NCBI GenBank assembly: GCA_964394855.1
Contig: CAYMZD010000002.1
Location: 131,964-195,963 of the forward strand
DNA: 64,000 nucleotides
DNA from: an uncultured Gammaproteobacteria bacterium
GTDB taxonomy: Bacteria; Patescibacteriota; Microgenomatia; Daviesbacterales; UBA10151
Reading direction: 5' to 3'
How positions within the stretch are numbered: position 1 is the first letter of the stretch; the number at the start of each line of letters is the position of its first letter. The notes beneath the pieces were generated by a model. That model saw nothing but the letters and a program-made list of their open reading frames with translations, was not told where the DNA came from and searched no databases. Made by a program: the position numbers and the translations under genes. This document shows positions 48,007 through 57,724 of the stretch, piece by piece.

Positions 48007-48035
48007 AGTATACCATAAAATTTTCATCTTGTCAA
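48007..48035 (-). promoter_or_regulatory. Sigma70 promoter of the T-box transcript
   Basis: TTGACA-N17-TATACT with extended -10 TG. Confidence 0.85.
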
Positions 48036-48067
48036 CCTTATGCCGAGACTGTTATGATGCAGGAAGG

Positions 48068-49390
48068 ATGGAACGGACATTAATTTTAGATTGTAACAAT
48101 AAAATCGGTGAAAAAGTTAAAATTTGTGGCTGGGTTTGGACCCGCCGAGATCATGGCAAGATTTTATTCTTGGATGTGACTGACCGGTCTGGTTTAATTC
48201 AAGTAGTGGTAGAGGCAGCTAAAGCTCCTGATTTACATCCCCAAGATGTGGTATGCATTGAAGGCAAAGTCAACAAAAGGCCAGAGAATCTGGTGAATAA
48301 AAATATTCCTACAGGGGAAATTGAAATTTCTGCAGAATCTGTCGAAGTTTTATCCAAAGCTAAAGAGCTACCTTTTGACATGGGAAGACCAACTCTTAAT
48401 TTGGAACTACCCACTCTTTTGGACTGGCGCTCTCTTACTTTGCGCCATGCATCAGTCAAAGCCATTTTTAAAATAGAAGAGGTAGTTATCGATGCCTTTC
48501 GTCGAGCCCTACAGGCTAAAGATTTTGTGGAATTTCAAGCCCCAGCTATTATTCCATCAATACCTGAAGGCGGTTCAGAAGTATTTGCAGTGAAATATTT
48601 TAATCATCAAGTTTATTTATCCCAAAGCCCCCAACTTTATAAATCACTCTTAGTAGGAGTTTTTGAGAGGGTTTTTAGTGTTAATAAAGTATTTCGGGCA
48701 GAGCCTAGTGTAACTTCTACCCATATTACAGAATTTGTTAGTTTGGATGCCGAGTTTGGTTTTATAGACTCTTGGGAAGAAGTAAGAGATATGGCAGATT
48801 ATGTTATTAAATTTATCTTGAGAGAGGTAGGGGAAAAGTGCGCCAAGGAACTCGCTATGTTTAATGCAACAGTGCCAGCGGTAAGTGAAAAAATACCAAC
48901 CATCAAAATGAGAGAGGCGCAACAGATTATCTTTGAGCGGACCGGACGCGATTGTCGCCAAGAAAAAGATCTCTCTCCCGAGGATGAAAGAGAAATATGT
49001 AAGTGGGCCAAGGAAAACCAAAGCTCAGATTTGATATTTGTTTCTCATTATCCGACCAAATATAGACCGTTTTATACTTACCCAGATGAGGAAAATCCAG
49101 AATTTAATCAAGGATTTGATTTATTGGGACGGGGAAGGGAGTGGTTGACCGGTGGGAGAAGAATTAATGACTATGAAGTATTGATGGAGCATGTCAGGCA
49201 GTGGGGTGTAGATCCGGAAGAAATAAAATTATATTTGCAGGCTTTTGAATATGGTGTGCCCCCATTGGGAGGTTTTGCTTTTGGTGCCGAAAGAGTGACA
49301 ATGTTTATTTTAGGATTATCAAATATTCGTGAAGCTTCACTTTTTCCGCGAGATATGGAAAGGGTAGATATTAGATTGAATAAAGAATGA
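48068..49390 (+). CDS. aspS: Aspartyl-tRNA synthetase, short archaeal-like type, probably non-discriminating
   Basis: RDHGKILF OB fold, LSQSPQLYK, FRAEPS, YGVPP.GG..GAER, FPRD; ATG at 48068. Confidence 0.9.
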   Translation: MERTLILDCNNKIGEKVKICGWVWTRRDHGKILFLDVTDRSGLIQVVVEAAKAPDLHPQDVVCIEGKVNKRPENLVNKNIPTGEIEISAESVEVLSKAKELPFDMGRPTLNLELPTLLDWRSLTLRHASVKAIFKIEEVVIDAFRRALQAKDFVEFQAPAIIPSIPEGGSEVFAVKYFNHQVYLSQSPQLYKSLLVGVFERVFSVNKVFRAEPSVTSTHITEFVSLDAEFGFIDSWEEVRDMADYVIKFILREVGEKCAKELAMFNATVPAVSEKIPTIKMREAQQIIFERTGRDCRQEKDLSPEDEREICKWAKENQSSDLIFVSHYPTKYRPFYTYPDEENPEFNQGFDLLGRGREWLTGGRRINDYEVLMEHVRQWGVDPEEIKLYLQAFEYGVPPLGGFAFGAERVTMFILGLSNIREASLFPRDMERVDIRLNKE

Positions 49391-50304
49391 AACCCCTTAT
49401 TATATCCTTATTGCTGATAATTTTTGCCACCCTGGTAATCACTACCCTATCTTTTCTGGTAGATTCTGCGGAAAATTTCTTAACAGGCGCATCAATCCCT
49501 AAAAATAATGCAGAGGTGGCTGGAGTGCAAAAATATAATATCCCCCCTATCTCAAAAAGTATTAACCCTCCACAATTTAGTGCCCGGGCTGTTTTGGCAA
49601 AAGATTTAGAAAGCAGCACCATACTTTTTGAAAAAAATTTAAAAACCAAACTTCCCATTGCCTCTACCACTAAAATAATGACAGCCTTGGTTAGTAGTGC
49701 CTATTTTGCTCAAAATGCTCCCCTGACAGTCAACAGTGGTGCCGGTATAATTGGTGCATCGGCCGGGTTTTTAAAAGGGGAAACATTATCGTTTAGGTCC
49801 TTGCTTTACGGCATGCTTTTAAACTCTGGCAATGATGCAGCCTACTCTATAGCTGAAAACTATCCTGGGGGAGTGACTGGTTTTGTGACGGCTATGAACC
49901 AAAAAGCCAAAGAGTTAAACTTACTTTATACCCATTTTGATAATCCGGCAGGTTTTGACAGCCCCAATCATTTTTCCTCTGCCGAGGATTTGGCCATTAT
50001 CACCCAGGAAGCTCTCAAAAATCCCCAATTGGCTAAAATTTTTGCCACCAAAGAGACAGAGGTTTCATCAATGGATAAAACTAAGACTCATTCCTTACGT
50101 AATTTAAATAAACTGTTATCTTCCGTGGTGGGAGTTTTGGGGGTGAAAACTGGTTATACCAAAGAAGCCAAGGAAAACCTAGTGGGGTTGGTGGAGAGAA
50201 ATAATCATCGCATTTTAACGGTTGTTTTGGGATCAAATGATCGGTTTGGAGAAACCAGCGCCCTGATAGAATGGGTTTATAAAAATTTTACTTGGTCGAA
50301 CTAA
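49387..50304 (+). CDS. D-alanyl-D-alanine carboxypeptidase (peptidase S11)
   Basis: ASTTK (SxxK), SGN, KTG motifs; N-terminal TM. Confidence 0.94.
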   Translation: MKPLIISLLLIIFATLVITTLSFLVDSAENFLTGASIPKNNAEVAGVQKYNIPPISKSINPPQFSARAVLAKDLESSTILFEKNLKTKLPIASTTKIMTALVSSAYFAQNAPLTVNSGAGIIGASAGFLKGETLSFRSLLYGMLLNSGNDAAYSIAENYPGGVTGFVTAMNQKAKELNLLYTHFDNPAGFDSPNHFSSAEDLAIITQEALKNPQLAKIFATKETEVSSMDKTKTHSLRNLNKLLSSVVGVLGVKTGYTKEAKENLVGLVERNNHRILTVVLGSNDRFGETSALIEWVYKNFTWSN

Positions 50305-51280
50305 TGTATTCTTCTTTAATGGCTCCCACATAAGCCACAAACCTAGGACCCTCAAATACAAAAACAGGTTGTAAATATGGAGTATAGCTTTCCTGCTCGA
50401 AATAAGCCAAATACACCGCAGTGATAGAAACTTGGGGCAGAGGAGGTTGGATAATCACCACCCCCTTACCTAATTTTAAATCTTCAAAAGCTTGAGTAGC
50501 TTCTTTTAAGGGATATGTGGCAAAAGTTTTGATATCAACGGGCCAAAAGGTGTACTCTAGAGATTGGTAGTTTTCCAGTAGTCGGGCAGATTTTAAAACA
50601 GTCCCTACTACCAAAGCATCATTAAATTTGGGGGTGACAATAGGTAATTTATTAATATTCTCTGGCCAAAGAGAAAGAGTTTTTAGGTTATTATCTAAAG
50701 AGAGATTGATTACTTTAGCTTGGGATGGACGCAACTCGTCTTTTAACAAGCCTTTGGAAAGAAGAAACTCCTTAAAGTTCTCACCAAGAGTTTTATCATC
50801 TTCTGCTGGCTCGGCAGAGGAACTAGCTTCAGCTAAATAGATAAAATTACCAGTATCTAAATCTATGTCTAGAATTCTGGACCCGTCTTGATAACGGTAT
50901 TTGACTTCAGTTAAAATTTCCGGCGGATTGGTAAAGTTAAATTTGGCGGCTTGATTATTGGCTTTATCCCCGGAGAGTAAAGTGGCTGTAGGTTTAGGCA
51001 TAAAATAAACTTTAGTAAGTTTGGGAAAAGTGGGCAGTCCTCCTGTTGTGGTATCAAGTGAGTAAGAAAAATTTGAGCTGGTCACATTTACCGGTGGAAA
51101 AGATGGCTGTGGTAGGGTGCCAAATTTAGTATCTGGTTGTTCCAGCTTGGGGGGGAGTGAGGCAATATAGCGACTATACCAAATTTGATAACCAATAAAG
51201 CCAGTTATTCCCAAAAAAATAACTATCACCAGGGATAAGATAAAACGTTTGGTTAGTTGAGCAGCTTGAGTCAGTGTCAC
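50288..51280 (-). CDS. Hypothetical membrane-anchored protein
   Basis: GTG start, N-terminal TM, C-terminal YLQPVFVFEG motif. Confidence 0.75.
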   Translation of the reverse strand: MTLTQAAQLTKRFILSLVIVIFLGITGFIGYQIWYSRYIASLPPKLEQPDTKFGTLPQPSFPPVNVTSSNFSYSLDTTTGGLPTFPKLTKVYFMPKPTATLLSGDKANNQAAKFNFTNPPEILTEVKYRYQDGSRILDIDLDTGNFIYLAEASSSAEPAEDDKTLGENFKEFLLSKGLLKDELRPSQAKVINLSLDNNLKTLSLWPENINKLPIVTPKFNDALVVGTVLKSARLLENYQSLEYTFWPVDIKTFATYPLKEATQAFEDLKLGKGVVIIQPPLPQVSITAVYLAYFEQESYTPYLQPVFVFEGPRFVAYVGAIKEEYISSTK

Positions 51281-51317
51281 ACAATAATTATACAGGAAAT
51301 TCATGTATAATATGGGC

Positions 51318-52598
51318 ATGGAAGTTAAAACTCGCTTTGCTCCTTCCCCAACCGGATTGATGCACATTGGATCAATTCGAACTGCCCTTTATGCGTATTT
51401 AGTGGCTAAAAAAGCCAGTGGCACTTTTTCTTTAAGGATAGAAGATACCGATCAAACACGTTTGGTAGAAGGTTCAGCAGAGGATATTGTGTCCACTTTA
51501 AAATGGCTGGGTTTGCAATTTAATGGAGAAATAATTTATCAGTCGAAAAGACTGGATATTTATAAGGAGCATGCCAAAAAGTTGCTGGAAGAAGATTTTG
51601 CTTATGAAAAAGATGGAGCTGTGTGGTTTAAAACTAAAAAAGAGGATAAAACTTCTCTAACTGATTTGGTGGGCCAAAGAGTTATAGAATTTCAAAACGC
51701 CACCCAAGATGATTTTGTGATTTTAAAATCTGATGGCTTTCCCACATATCATCTTGCACATGTAGTTGATGATCATTTAATGGAAACAAATCCAGTGATA
51801 AGGGGAGCAGAATGGATCTCATCCATCCCCAAACATGTCATGCTTTTTGAGGCTTTTGGCTGGCCGCTACCGCAATATGCCCATTTGCCGATTATTTTAG
51901 GGCCTGATAAATCAAAACTGTCCAAAAGACACGGGGCAAAGCCGGCTTCAGAATTTAGAAAAGATGGGTTTTTGCCGGAGGCAGTATTAAATTATATGGC
52001 CCTGTTGGGTTGGACTCCTCCTTCCGGAAAAGAAATTTTATCTCTTCCGGAAATGATTGAGGAATTTGATCTGGCAGATGTCCACATTACCAACCCTGTT
52101 TTTGATATTACCAAGTTGGAATGGATGAATGGGGAATATATTAGGAAAATGTCAGACGGAGAATTAACAAAAAGACTGCAGGAGTGTTTGGTGGACCACC
52201 CGCAAAAGGATAAAATTGCCCCTGTTGCACCTTTTATAAAAGAAAGGATTAAAAAACTATCTGATTTTGTACCACTCACTGACTTTCTTTGGGAAAAACC
52301 AGAGTATGACAGTGAAGTTTTCAAAAAATTAAAAATTTCTGATAAAAATAAAGTCTTACAAATGGTGTTGGAGAAAATGCTAGAGTTAGAAAAACCATGG
52401 CAGGCAGAAACTTTTGAAAAAGCTTTTAAGAGTCTGGCAGAGGAGCTGGGAATAAAACCGGGTGATTTATTTCAGTTAATCCGAGTGGCGGTTTCCGGAC
52501 AATTGGTTACCCCTCCTCTTTTTGCAAGTATTAAAATTTTAGAAGAGGAAGAAACTTTACAAAGAATAAAAAGGGCCTTGAATTTCCTGCAAGAGTAA
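51318..52598 (+). CDS. gltX: Glutamyl-tRNA synthetase
   Basis: RFAPSPTG.MHIG, LRIEDTD, DGFPTYH, KLSKR. Confidence 0.97.
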   Translation: MEVKTRFAPSPTGLMHIGSIRTALYAYLVAKKASGTFSLRIEDTDQTRLVEGSAEDIVSTLKWLGLQFNGEIIYQSKRLDIYKEHAKKLLEEDFAYEKDGAVWFKTKKEDKTSLTDLVGQRVIEFQNATQDDFVILKSDGFPTYHLAHVVDDHLMETNPVIRGAEWISSIPKHVMLFEAFGWPLPQYAHLPIILGPDKSKLSKRHGAKPASEFRKDGFLPEAVLNYMALLGWTPPSGKEILSLPEMIEEFDLADVHITNPVFDITKLEWMNGEYIRKMSDGELTKRLQECLVDHPQKDKIAPVAPFIKERIKKLSDFVPLTDFLWEKPEYDSEVFKKLKISDKNKVLQMVLEKMLELEKPWQAETFEKAFKSLAEELGIKPGDLFQLIRVAVSGQLVTPPLFASIKILEEEETLQRIKRALNFLQE

Positions 52599-52613
52599 CT
52601 TATAATTTAGCAC

Positions 52614-52907
52614 ATGGAAGATGTTGCTAAGTTCAAGATGATTATTGTATTGGGATTGGTGGTTGTGGGACTGGTAGTAGGATATGTCATATTTACTCAA
52701 AGATTTGCCAGTACACAGTCTTTACCTAACAGGCCGGTTCAACAAATAGATCAGGTGACACCTTCTCCCACACCAGAAACTTTAGGTCAACAAGCACCTG
52801 CTGCAACAAAAACACTGCCCAAAACCGGTTTCCCCATAGGGCTTTTAGGAATCTTTGCCACATCTGCTGCCATCTCTGGCTATTTCCTGCGCCAATTTCC
52901 CCGCTAA
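52614..52907 (+). CDS. Small protein with N-terminal TM and C-terminal LPKTG sorting-like signal
   Basis: TM, Pro/Thr/Gln linker, LPKTG, hydrophobic segment, RQFPR. Confidence 0.75.
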   Translation: MEDVAKFKMIIVLGLVVVGLVVGYVIFTQRFASTQSLPNRPVQQIDQVTPSPTPETLGQQAPAATKTLPKTGFPIGLLGIFATSAAISGYFLRQFPR

Positions 52908-53707
52908 AGAAGGTGGTTTTGAAAGATGAAATCTGCCATCTCGCGGCTTAAAAAAATTATTCCATTGGGTGAAGGATGGATATGGTCGGTATCTGAAATA
53001 TATTCCAACTTGGTATCTCCATTTTTATCTAAAGATTTTTCATAAACATTAATAACGGGAATCTGATTTTTTTGGGCAAAGTCAAGATGGTTTTTAATAT
53101 AAGCAATTCTCTCATTTGCCCACTGTATTCTTTTTTCCGGAGATAAATCTACAGCTCGGTAAGCATATAATTTTTTATTAGGTCCTAACGTCCCCACAAA
53201 AATAATTTTGGCTCTGGGACCCCCCTTTTTAATAGTAGCAACTGCTTTTTCCAGAGCTTGCGTTTGTTTTTGCAAACCTTCCTGCAAGGGAAAATCCGAC
53301 AAAGGATTGTGACCAAAAGATTCTATGAGTAGGACATCAAAATCTATATCCAAAATAGGTCTAAATTCTCTTCCATGAAAAGTTTTCTCTTCTAATCTTT
53401 TCTGCAGGGATAAGATATTAGTAGAACCAAAACCGTAATTTAGAACCTCAAAAGTTTTATCTGGATAATAATTTTTTAGGTAGGTTCGGAGTTCATCACT
53501 ATTACCCAAATATTCGGTCATGGAATCACCCACTAAAACAATAGTAAAATCCTGCGGGTATTTAACTTTTGTTTTCCCCTGTACCTCTATCAGAGTTGGT
53601 TTGGTGGAATTTTCTTTTTTAGGATTGGGAAGAAGATGAATGGTAAATAAAGTGAGACCCAAAATAGCTAAAGGTATCAATCCTACCCCAATCTTTTGCA
53701 GTGGCAT
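52904..53707 (-). CDS. SGNH/GDSL hydrolase, membrane-anchored
   Basis: VLVGDSMT, NYGFG, D.IHP motifs. Confidence 0.88.
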   Translation of the reverse strand: MPLQKIGVGLIPLAILGLTLFTIHLLPNPKKENSTKPTLIEVQGKTKVKYPQDFTIVLVGDSMTEYLGNSDELRTYLKNYYPDKTFEVLNYGFGSTNILSLQKRLEEKTFHGREFRPILDIDFDVLLIESFGHNPLSDFPLQEGLQKQTQALEKAVATIKKGGPRAKIIFVGTLGPNKKLYAYRAVDLSPEKRIQWANERIAYIKNHLDFAQKNQIPVINVYEKSLDKNGDTKLEYISDTDHIHPSPNGIIFLSREMADFIFQNHLL

Positions 53708-53796
53708 GGCAATTTATTATGACATATTTATAAAGACTCTAAAATGTTGCAAACATACACCTGGGGGGTGGACTAGGTAGACACCTAGGGATTTTG

Positions 53797-53867
53797 CTGC
53801 GGGACTAGGATTTGAACCTAGATAAACAGATCCAGAGTCTGTTGTCCTACCATTAGACGATCCCGCA
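53797..53867 (-). tRNA. tRNA-Gln(CTG), CCA not encoded
   Basis: Acceptor TGCGGGA/TCCCGCA, anticodon stem ACAGA/TCTGT with loop CTCTGGA, T-arm GGTTCAAATCC. Confidence 0.96.
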
Positions 53868-53925
53868 ATACCCATAGATTATACCTAAGATATGCTATTT
53901 AATCTACTAATGCTATGATGAGGGT

Positions 53926-55407
53926 GTGTTCAAGCTAAAAAAGATTCACTTAATTTTATTAGCCCTGATACTTTTAATTGCCCTATTTTTTCGCACTTTT
54001 CAAATAGTGGAAAGGTTTGAATTTGCTCATGATGGAGATTTGTATTCTTGGATTGTGAAAGACATGGTGGTGGATGGACATTTTCGTTTAATTGGTCAGC
54101 TCACAACCGCTCCCGGAGTTTTTATTGGCCCTTTTTTTTACTACCTGTTAATTCCATTTTTTCTTTTAACCAAGATGGATCCTATTGGCGGTCTTATTCC
54201 CATAACTTTCTTGGGACTTTTGACGGTTTTTAGTTATTATTTCTGTTTTTCCAGACTTTTTTCTAAACAGGTAGGACTGATTGCAGCATTTTTACACGCC
54301 GTACTTTTATCACCAGTCATTTTTGATAGAGCGGTTGTTCCATCTACCCCCACTCATCTGTGGATGATTTGGTATTTTTATACAGTCATTTCTCTTGTCA
54401 GGGGTAATTTCAAAGTTTTACCTATTTTGGGGGTGTTAATAGGTCTTATTTGGCATATCCATGTGGCCCTTTTCCCGCCACTTTTGGCAGTACCGGTGGC
54501 TTTGATTTTAGCCAAAAAGCTTCCCCCTAAAGATGAAATTTTAAAGTTTATAATTTTACTGCTTGTTACCTCTCTACCCCTGCTGGGTTTTGAAATAAAA
54601 CACTATTTTTCTCAAACCGTGAGCTTAATCCATAATTTATCGATTAATCAAGGTGGAGGCCAAGGAGTAGAAAAATTAAACTTAATTTTAATTTATTTGG
54701 GAAGAAATATCTCAAGGTTATTTTTATATCCTCAGATGCTGCCCGAAATTACCTGGAGGGCTTGGTTTTTCATTATTTTGCTGCCACTGATTTTTTTTGT
54801 GCAAAGAAAAATTTTGGCAACAAAAGAGGTTTTGGTACTTTTGCTGTGGATGGGAGGAGTAATTGGTTTTTACAGTCTTTCCTCAACAGTTATTTCCGAA
54901 TACTACTTTACCAATCTGGAAGTCATTTTTATGATGATTGTCAGTTTGAGTTTGGTAAAACTTATTAATTTGGGAAAATGGTGGAAAGTGGCTATATTTG
55001 CCCTTTTGGGAATATTACTTTTAAAAAATCTCTATTTTTTTATCACCCAACCCATTTACAAAAAGGGTTATCTTGAAAGAAAAGCTGTTGCAGAGTTTAT
55101 TACCCGGGACAGCCAGAAAAGAGGTTTTCCCTGTGTGGCTGTTTCTTACATTACTCCTCCAGGAGAAAATGTCGGTTTTAGGTATATGTTTTGGTTAAAT
55201 CGCTTACATGTTAATCAGCCCTTTTCTGGTTCCCCTGTTTATACTATTGTTTTTCCGGCGGATTTAGCCCGAGGTGCTATAGATGAGCAGTATGGTCAAA
55301 TTGGGGTGATCCTTCCAGAAAATGTACCTTCTGTTGAAAAAATCAAATTTAGCTGCTCTGGCGCAAATTCTAACCTGACAGATCCTTTATTTGGATTTCC
55401 CAAATAA
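53926..55407 (+). CDS. GT-C fold membrane glycosyltransferase (ArnT/PMT-like)
   Basis: FAHDGD loop, GPFFYY, many TM segments; resembles 23893-25380. Confidence 0.8.
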   Translation: MFKLKKIHLILLALILLIALFFRTFQIVERFEFAHDGDLYSWIVKDMVVDGHFRLIGQLTTAPGVFIGPFFYYLLIPFFLLTKMDPIGGLIPITFLGLLTVFSYYFCFSRLFSKQVGLIAAFLHAVLLSPVIFDRAVVPSTPTHLWMIWYFYTVISLVRGNFKVLPILGVLIGLIWHIHVALFPPLLAVPVALILAKKLPPKDEILKFIILLLVTSLPLLGFEIKHYFSQTVSLIHNLSINQGGGQGVEKLNLILIYLGRNISRLFLYPQMLPEITWRAWFFIILLPLIFFVQRKILATKEVLVLLLWMGGVIGFYSLSSTVISEYYFTNLEVIFMMIVSLSLVKLINLGKWWKVAIFALLGILLLKNLYFFITQPIYKKGYLERKAVAEFITRDSQKRGFPCVAVSYITPPGENVGFRYMFWLNRLHVNQPFSGSPVYTIVFPADLARGAIDEQYGQIGVILPENVPSVEKIKFSCSGANSNLTDPLFGFPK

Positions 55408-55411
55408 CCAC

Positions 55412-55440
55412 AAAAAATCCCGCACGAAGCGGGATTTCTT
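55412..55440. terminator. Intrinsic terminator, possibly bidirectional
   Basis: AAATCCCGC-ACGAA-GCGGGATTT with flanking A/T tracts. Confidence 0.75.
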
Positions 55441-55543
55441 GAAAACCTGTGGTTTAAAACAGGTAGTTACTTTATAACAATGTTTACCACCAGTCGTCAA
55501 CTATGATAAAGTAGATCAAAAGTATTCATGATACAATAAGAGT

Positions 55544-56257
55544 ATGGTGGAAGTAACCCTAGGCCTAGCCTTTTTAGCAGGACTAACTTCTTTCTTTGCT
55601 CCTTGTGTGACAGTTTTAGTGCCGGCTTTTCTATCACATATGGCAGGAGTTAGTTTGTCAGATGTAGAAGGGTATAAGAGAAGACAAACTAAGATCTTTT
55701 TAAACACCATTTTTTTCATTATTGGTTTTACCGCTGTCTTTGTGTTGCTGGGTGCATCACTGGGCTTTTTATCCGTCTTGATACGTGATTTTCAAATATG
55801 GCTAGGTAGGATTGGGGGATTGGTAATAATTTATTTGGGTTTGGCTTCCCTGAAACTTACTCCCTCTCCATTTGCCAGGTTGCACGCGGGGTTGCCTGTT
55901 AGAAATTCGGTAGGGTATTTATCGTCAATATTAGTGGGGTCTGCCTTTGCCATTGCCTGGACACCATGCGTGGGACCCATTTTAGCGGCCATTTTGGTAT
56001 TGGCAGGTACCAGCGCATCTTTAACTTCTGGTATAATCTTGCTGCTAGTCTATTCTTTTGGCTTGATGATACCGTTTTTAATAGTAGGTATGTTTACATC
56101 CAGCGCCTCTCAATTTTTATCAGTTCACCCTAAGTTAATCAACACCATCAGTCTGATTGGTGGGATAATTTTGATTATTTTGGGAATTCTTGTATTCACC
56201 AACAACTTTGCTTTGCTGGTTGCTAAATTATATTTTTTAAGTCCATTTAGACTATGA
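55544..56257 (+). CDS. ccdA: CcdA/DsbD-family transmembrane electron transporter
   Basis: SFFAPC..LVP and WTPCVGPILA motifs. Confidence 0.92.
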   Translation: MVEVTLGLAFLAGLTSFFAPCVTVLVPAFLSHMAGVSLSDVEGYKRRQTKIFLNTIFFIIGFTAVFVLLGASLGFLSVLIRDFQIWLGRIGGLVIIYLGLASLKLTPSPFARLHAGLPVRNSVGYLSSILVGSAFAIAWTPCVGPILAAILVLAGTSASLTSGIILLLVYSFGLMIPFLIVGMFTSSASQFLSVHPKLINTISLIGGIILIILGILVFTNNFALLVAKLYFLSPFRL

Positions 56258-56793
56258 AGAACAAGAATATTATTTTAATCATTGTGGGAGTTGTCATAGT
56301 TGGGGCAATTTTAGTTCTGACCAATCCTTTTAAGAAACAACAATCGCCCTTTGTGCCCACCAATGGTTCGACAAGCTCTGCGCAAGTGGCAGATTTTGAA
56401 CTGGAGAGTTTTGCGGGAGAAAAAATTAAACTGTCCCAGTTTGCCGGCCAACCCATCTTTATTGATTTTTGGGCGGCTTGGTGTCCGTTTTGTATTGAAG
56501 AAATGACGGAGATTGAAAAGATTCATCAGGAATTTCCCCAGCTAGTGATTTTGGGGATTCACAGATCTGAAACAGAAGGAGTAGATGTGGGTACAAAATT
56601 TGCCAAGGAAAGAGGGGTGAAGTATCCCTTACTGAAGGATTTAACAGGAGAGGTTTATAAAACCTTAACAGGCGGACGCCAGTTTATGCCCTATGCTCTT
56701 TTTATAGATAAAGCAGGTCAAATAGTTAAAGTAAAGGCGGGTCCCAAGACTGCCGAGGAGATGCGCCAGATTGTCAAGGAGCTTGTGCCATGA
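56254..56793 (+). CDS. TlpA/ResA-family thiol-disulfide reductase
   Basis: N-terminal TM, FWAAWCPFC..E. Confidence 0.92.
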   Translation: MKNKNIILIIVGVVIVGAILVLTNPFKKQQSPFVPTNGSTSSAQVADFELESFAGEKIKLSQFAGQPIFIDFWAAWCPFCIEEMTEIEKIHQEFPQLVILGIHRSETEGVDVGTKFAKERGVKYPLLKDLTGEVYKTLTGGRQFMPYALFIDKAGQIVKVKAGPKTAEEMRQIVKELVP

Positions 56794-57710
56794 AATGGGT
56801 GATTGTCGGTTTGGTGATAGCGGCAGTGGCAGTTTTGCTCATCAGGCAAACCGGTCAGGATATTAAAATAGAGAAAGAAAAAGCCAAAATTGATTTATCC
56901 AAGTTAAAACAGGGTTGTCCGGTGAAGGATTGTATCCCCTCTATTGATAACCCTAAGTTTATCTCGGCAGAGGAAGCGGAAAAGAAAAGACAAATTGAAG
57001 ATAACGATGTAGTCTTTGCCATAAATCATAAAGGAGTGTCCAGAGCCTATCCTCAAAGAATCTTAAATTGGCATGAGATAGTAAATGATGTGGTGGCAGG
57101 AGATCCTATTATGATCACTTTTTGCCCCCTTTGTGGCACAGCCATTGGATATGAGCGACCGGCTGATACCACCTTTGGAGTTTCGGGGAAACTGGTTAAT
57201 TCCAATTTGGTGATGTATGATAGAAAGACCGAAACTTTGTGGCAGCAACTGGGAGGTGAGGCGATTGTGGGGGAGTTGGTAGGACAAAAGTTAAAACCCT
57301 TCCCTGTGGATACTGTTTTGTGGAAGGATTGGAAAAAACTCCATCCCGAGACCCAAGTTTTGTCTCAAGATACAGGCTATTCAAGAGATTACAGTCGCTA
57401 TCCTTATGGAAGTTATGAATCTGATAGATCAGTTTATTTCCCTGCCGAGGGAGCAGTTGATACCAGGCTTCATCCCAAACAAATAGTTTGGGGAATAGAC
57501 ATTAATGGAAAGTTTAAGGCTTATGATGATAAAAAATTGTCAGAAGTGGGTATGTTAAAAGATACATTTAACGGTCAAAACTTAACAATAGAGAGAAATA
57601 AAGAAGGCCAAGTTAGAATTACCAAGGGTAGGGGAGATCAAATAATTCCTGACAGATCAATGTGGTTTGCCTGGGTGTCATTTCATCCGCAAACAGAACT
57701 TTATAAATGA
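56790..57710 (+). CDS. DUF3179-family exported protein
   Basis: D.IPSID.PKF, RAYP..IL.WHEIVND, FCPLCG, FGVSGKL..SNLVMYDR.T. Confidence 0.9.
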   Translation: MKWVIVGLVIAAVAVLLIRQTGQDIKIEKEKAKIDLSKLKQGCPVKDCIPSIDNPKFISAEEAEKKRQIEDNDVVFAINHKGVSRAYPQRILNWHEIVNDVVAGDPIMITFCPLCGTAIGYERPADTTFGVSGKLVNSNLVMYDRKTETLWQQLGGEAIVGELVGQKLKPFPVDTVLWKDWKKLHPETQVLSQDTGYSRDYSRYPYGSYESDRSVYFPAEGAVDTRLHPKQIVWGIDINGKFKAYDDKKLSEVGMLKDTFNGQNLTIERNKEGQVRITKGRGDQIIPDRSMWFAWVSFHPQTELYK

Positions 57711-57724
57711 AGGGAGGTGTAAAA

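Noticed and set aside
47900-48067. 56-codon N-terminal extension of aspS in the ORF track
   Set aside because: It overlaps the T-box and its promoter on the opposite strand; the ATG at 48068 gives a normal MERTL start.
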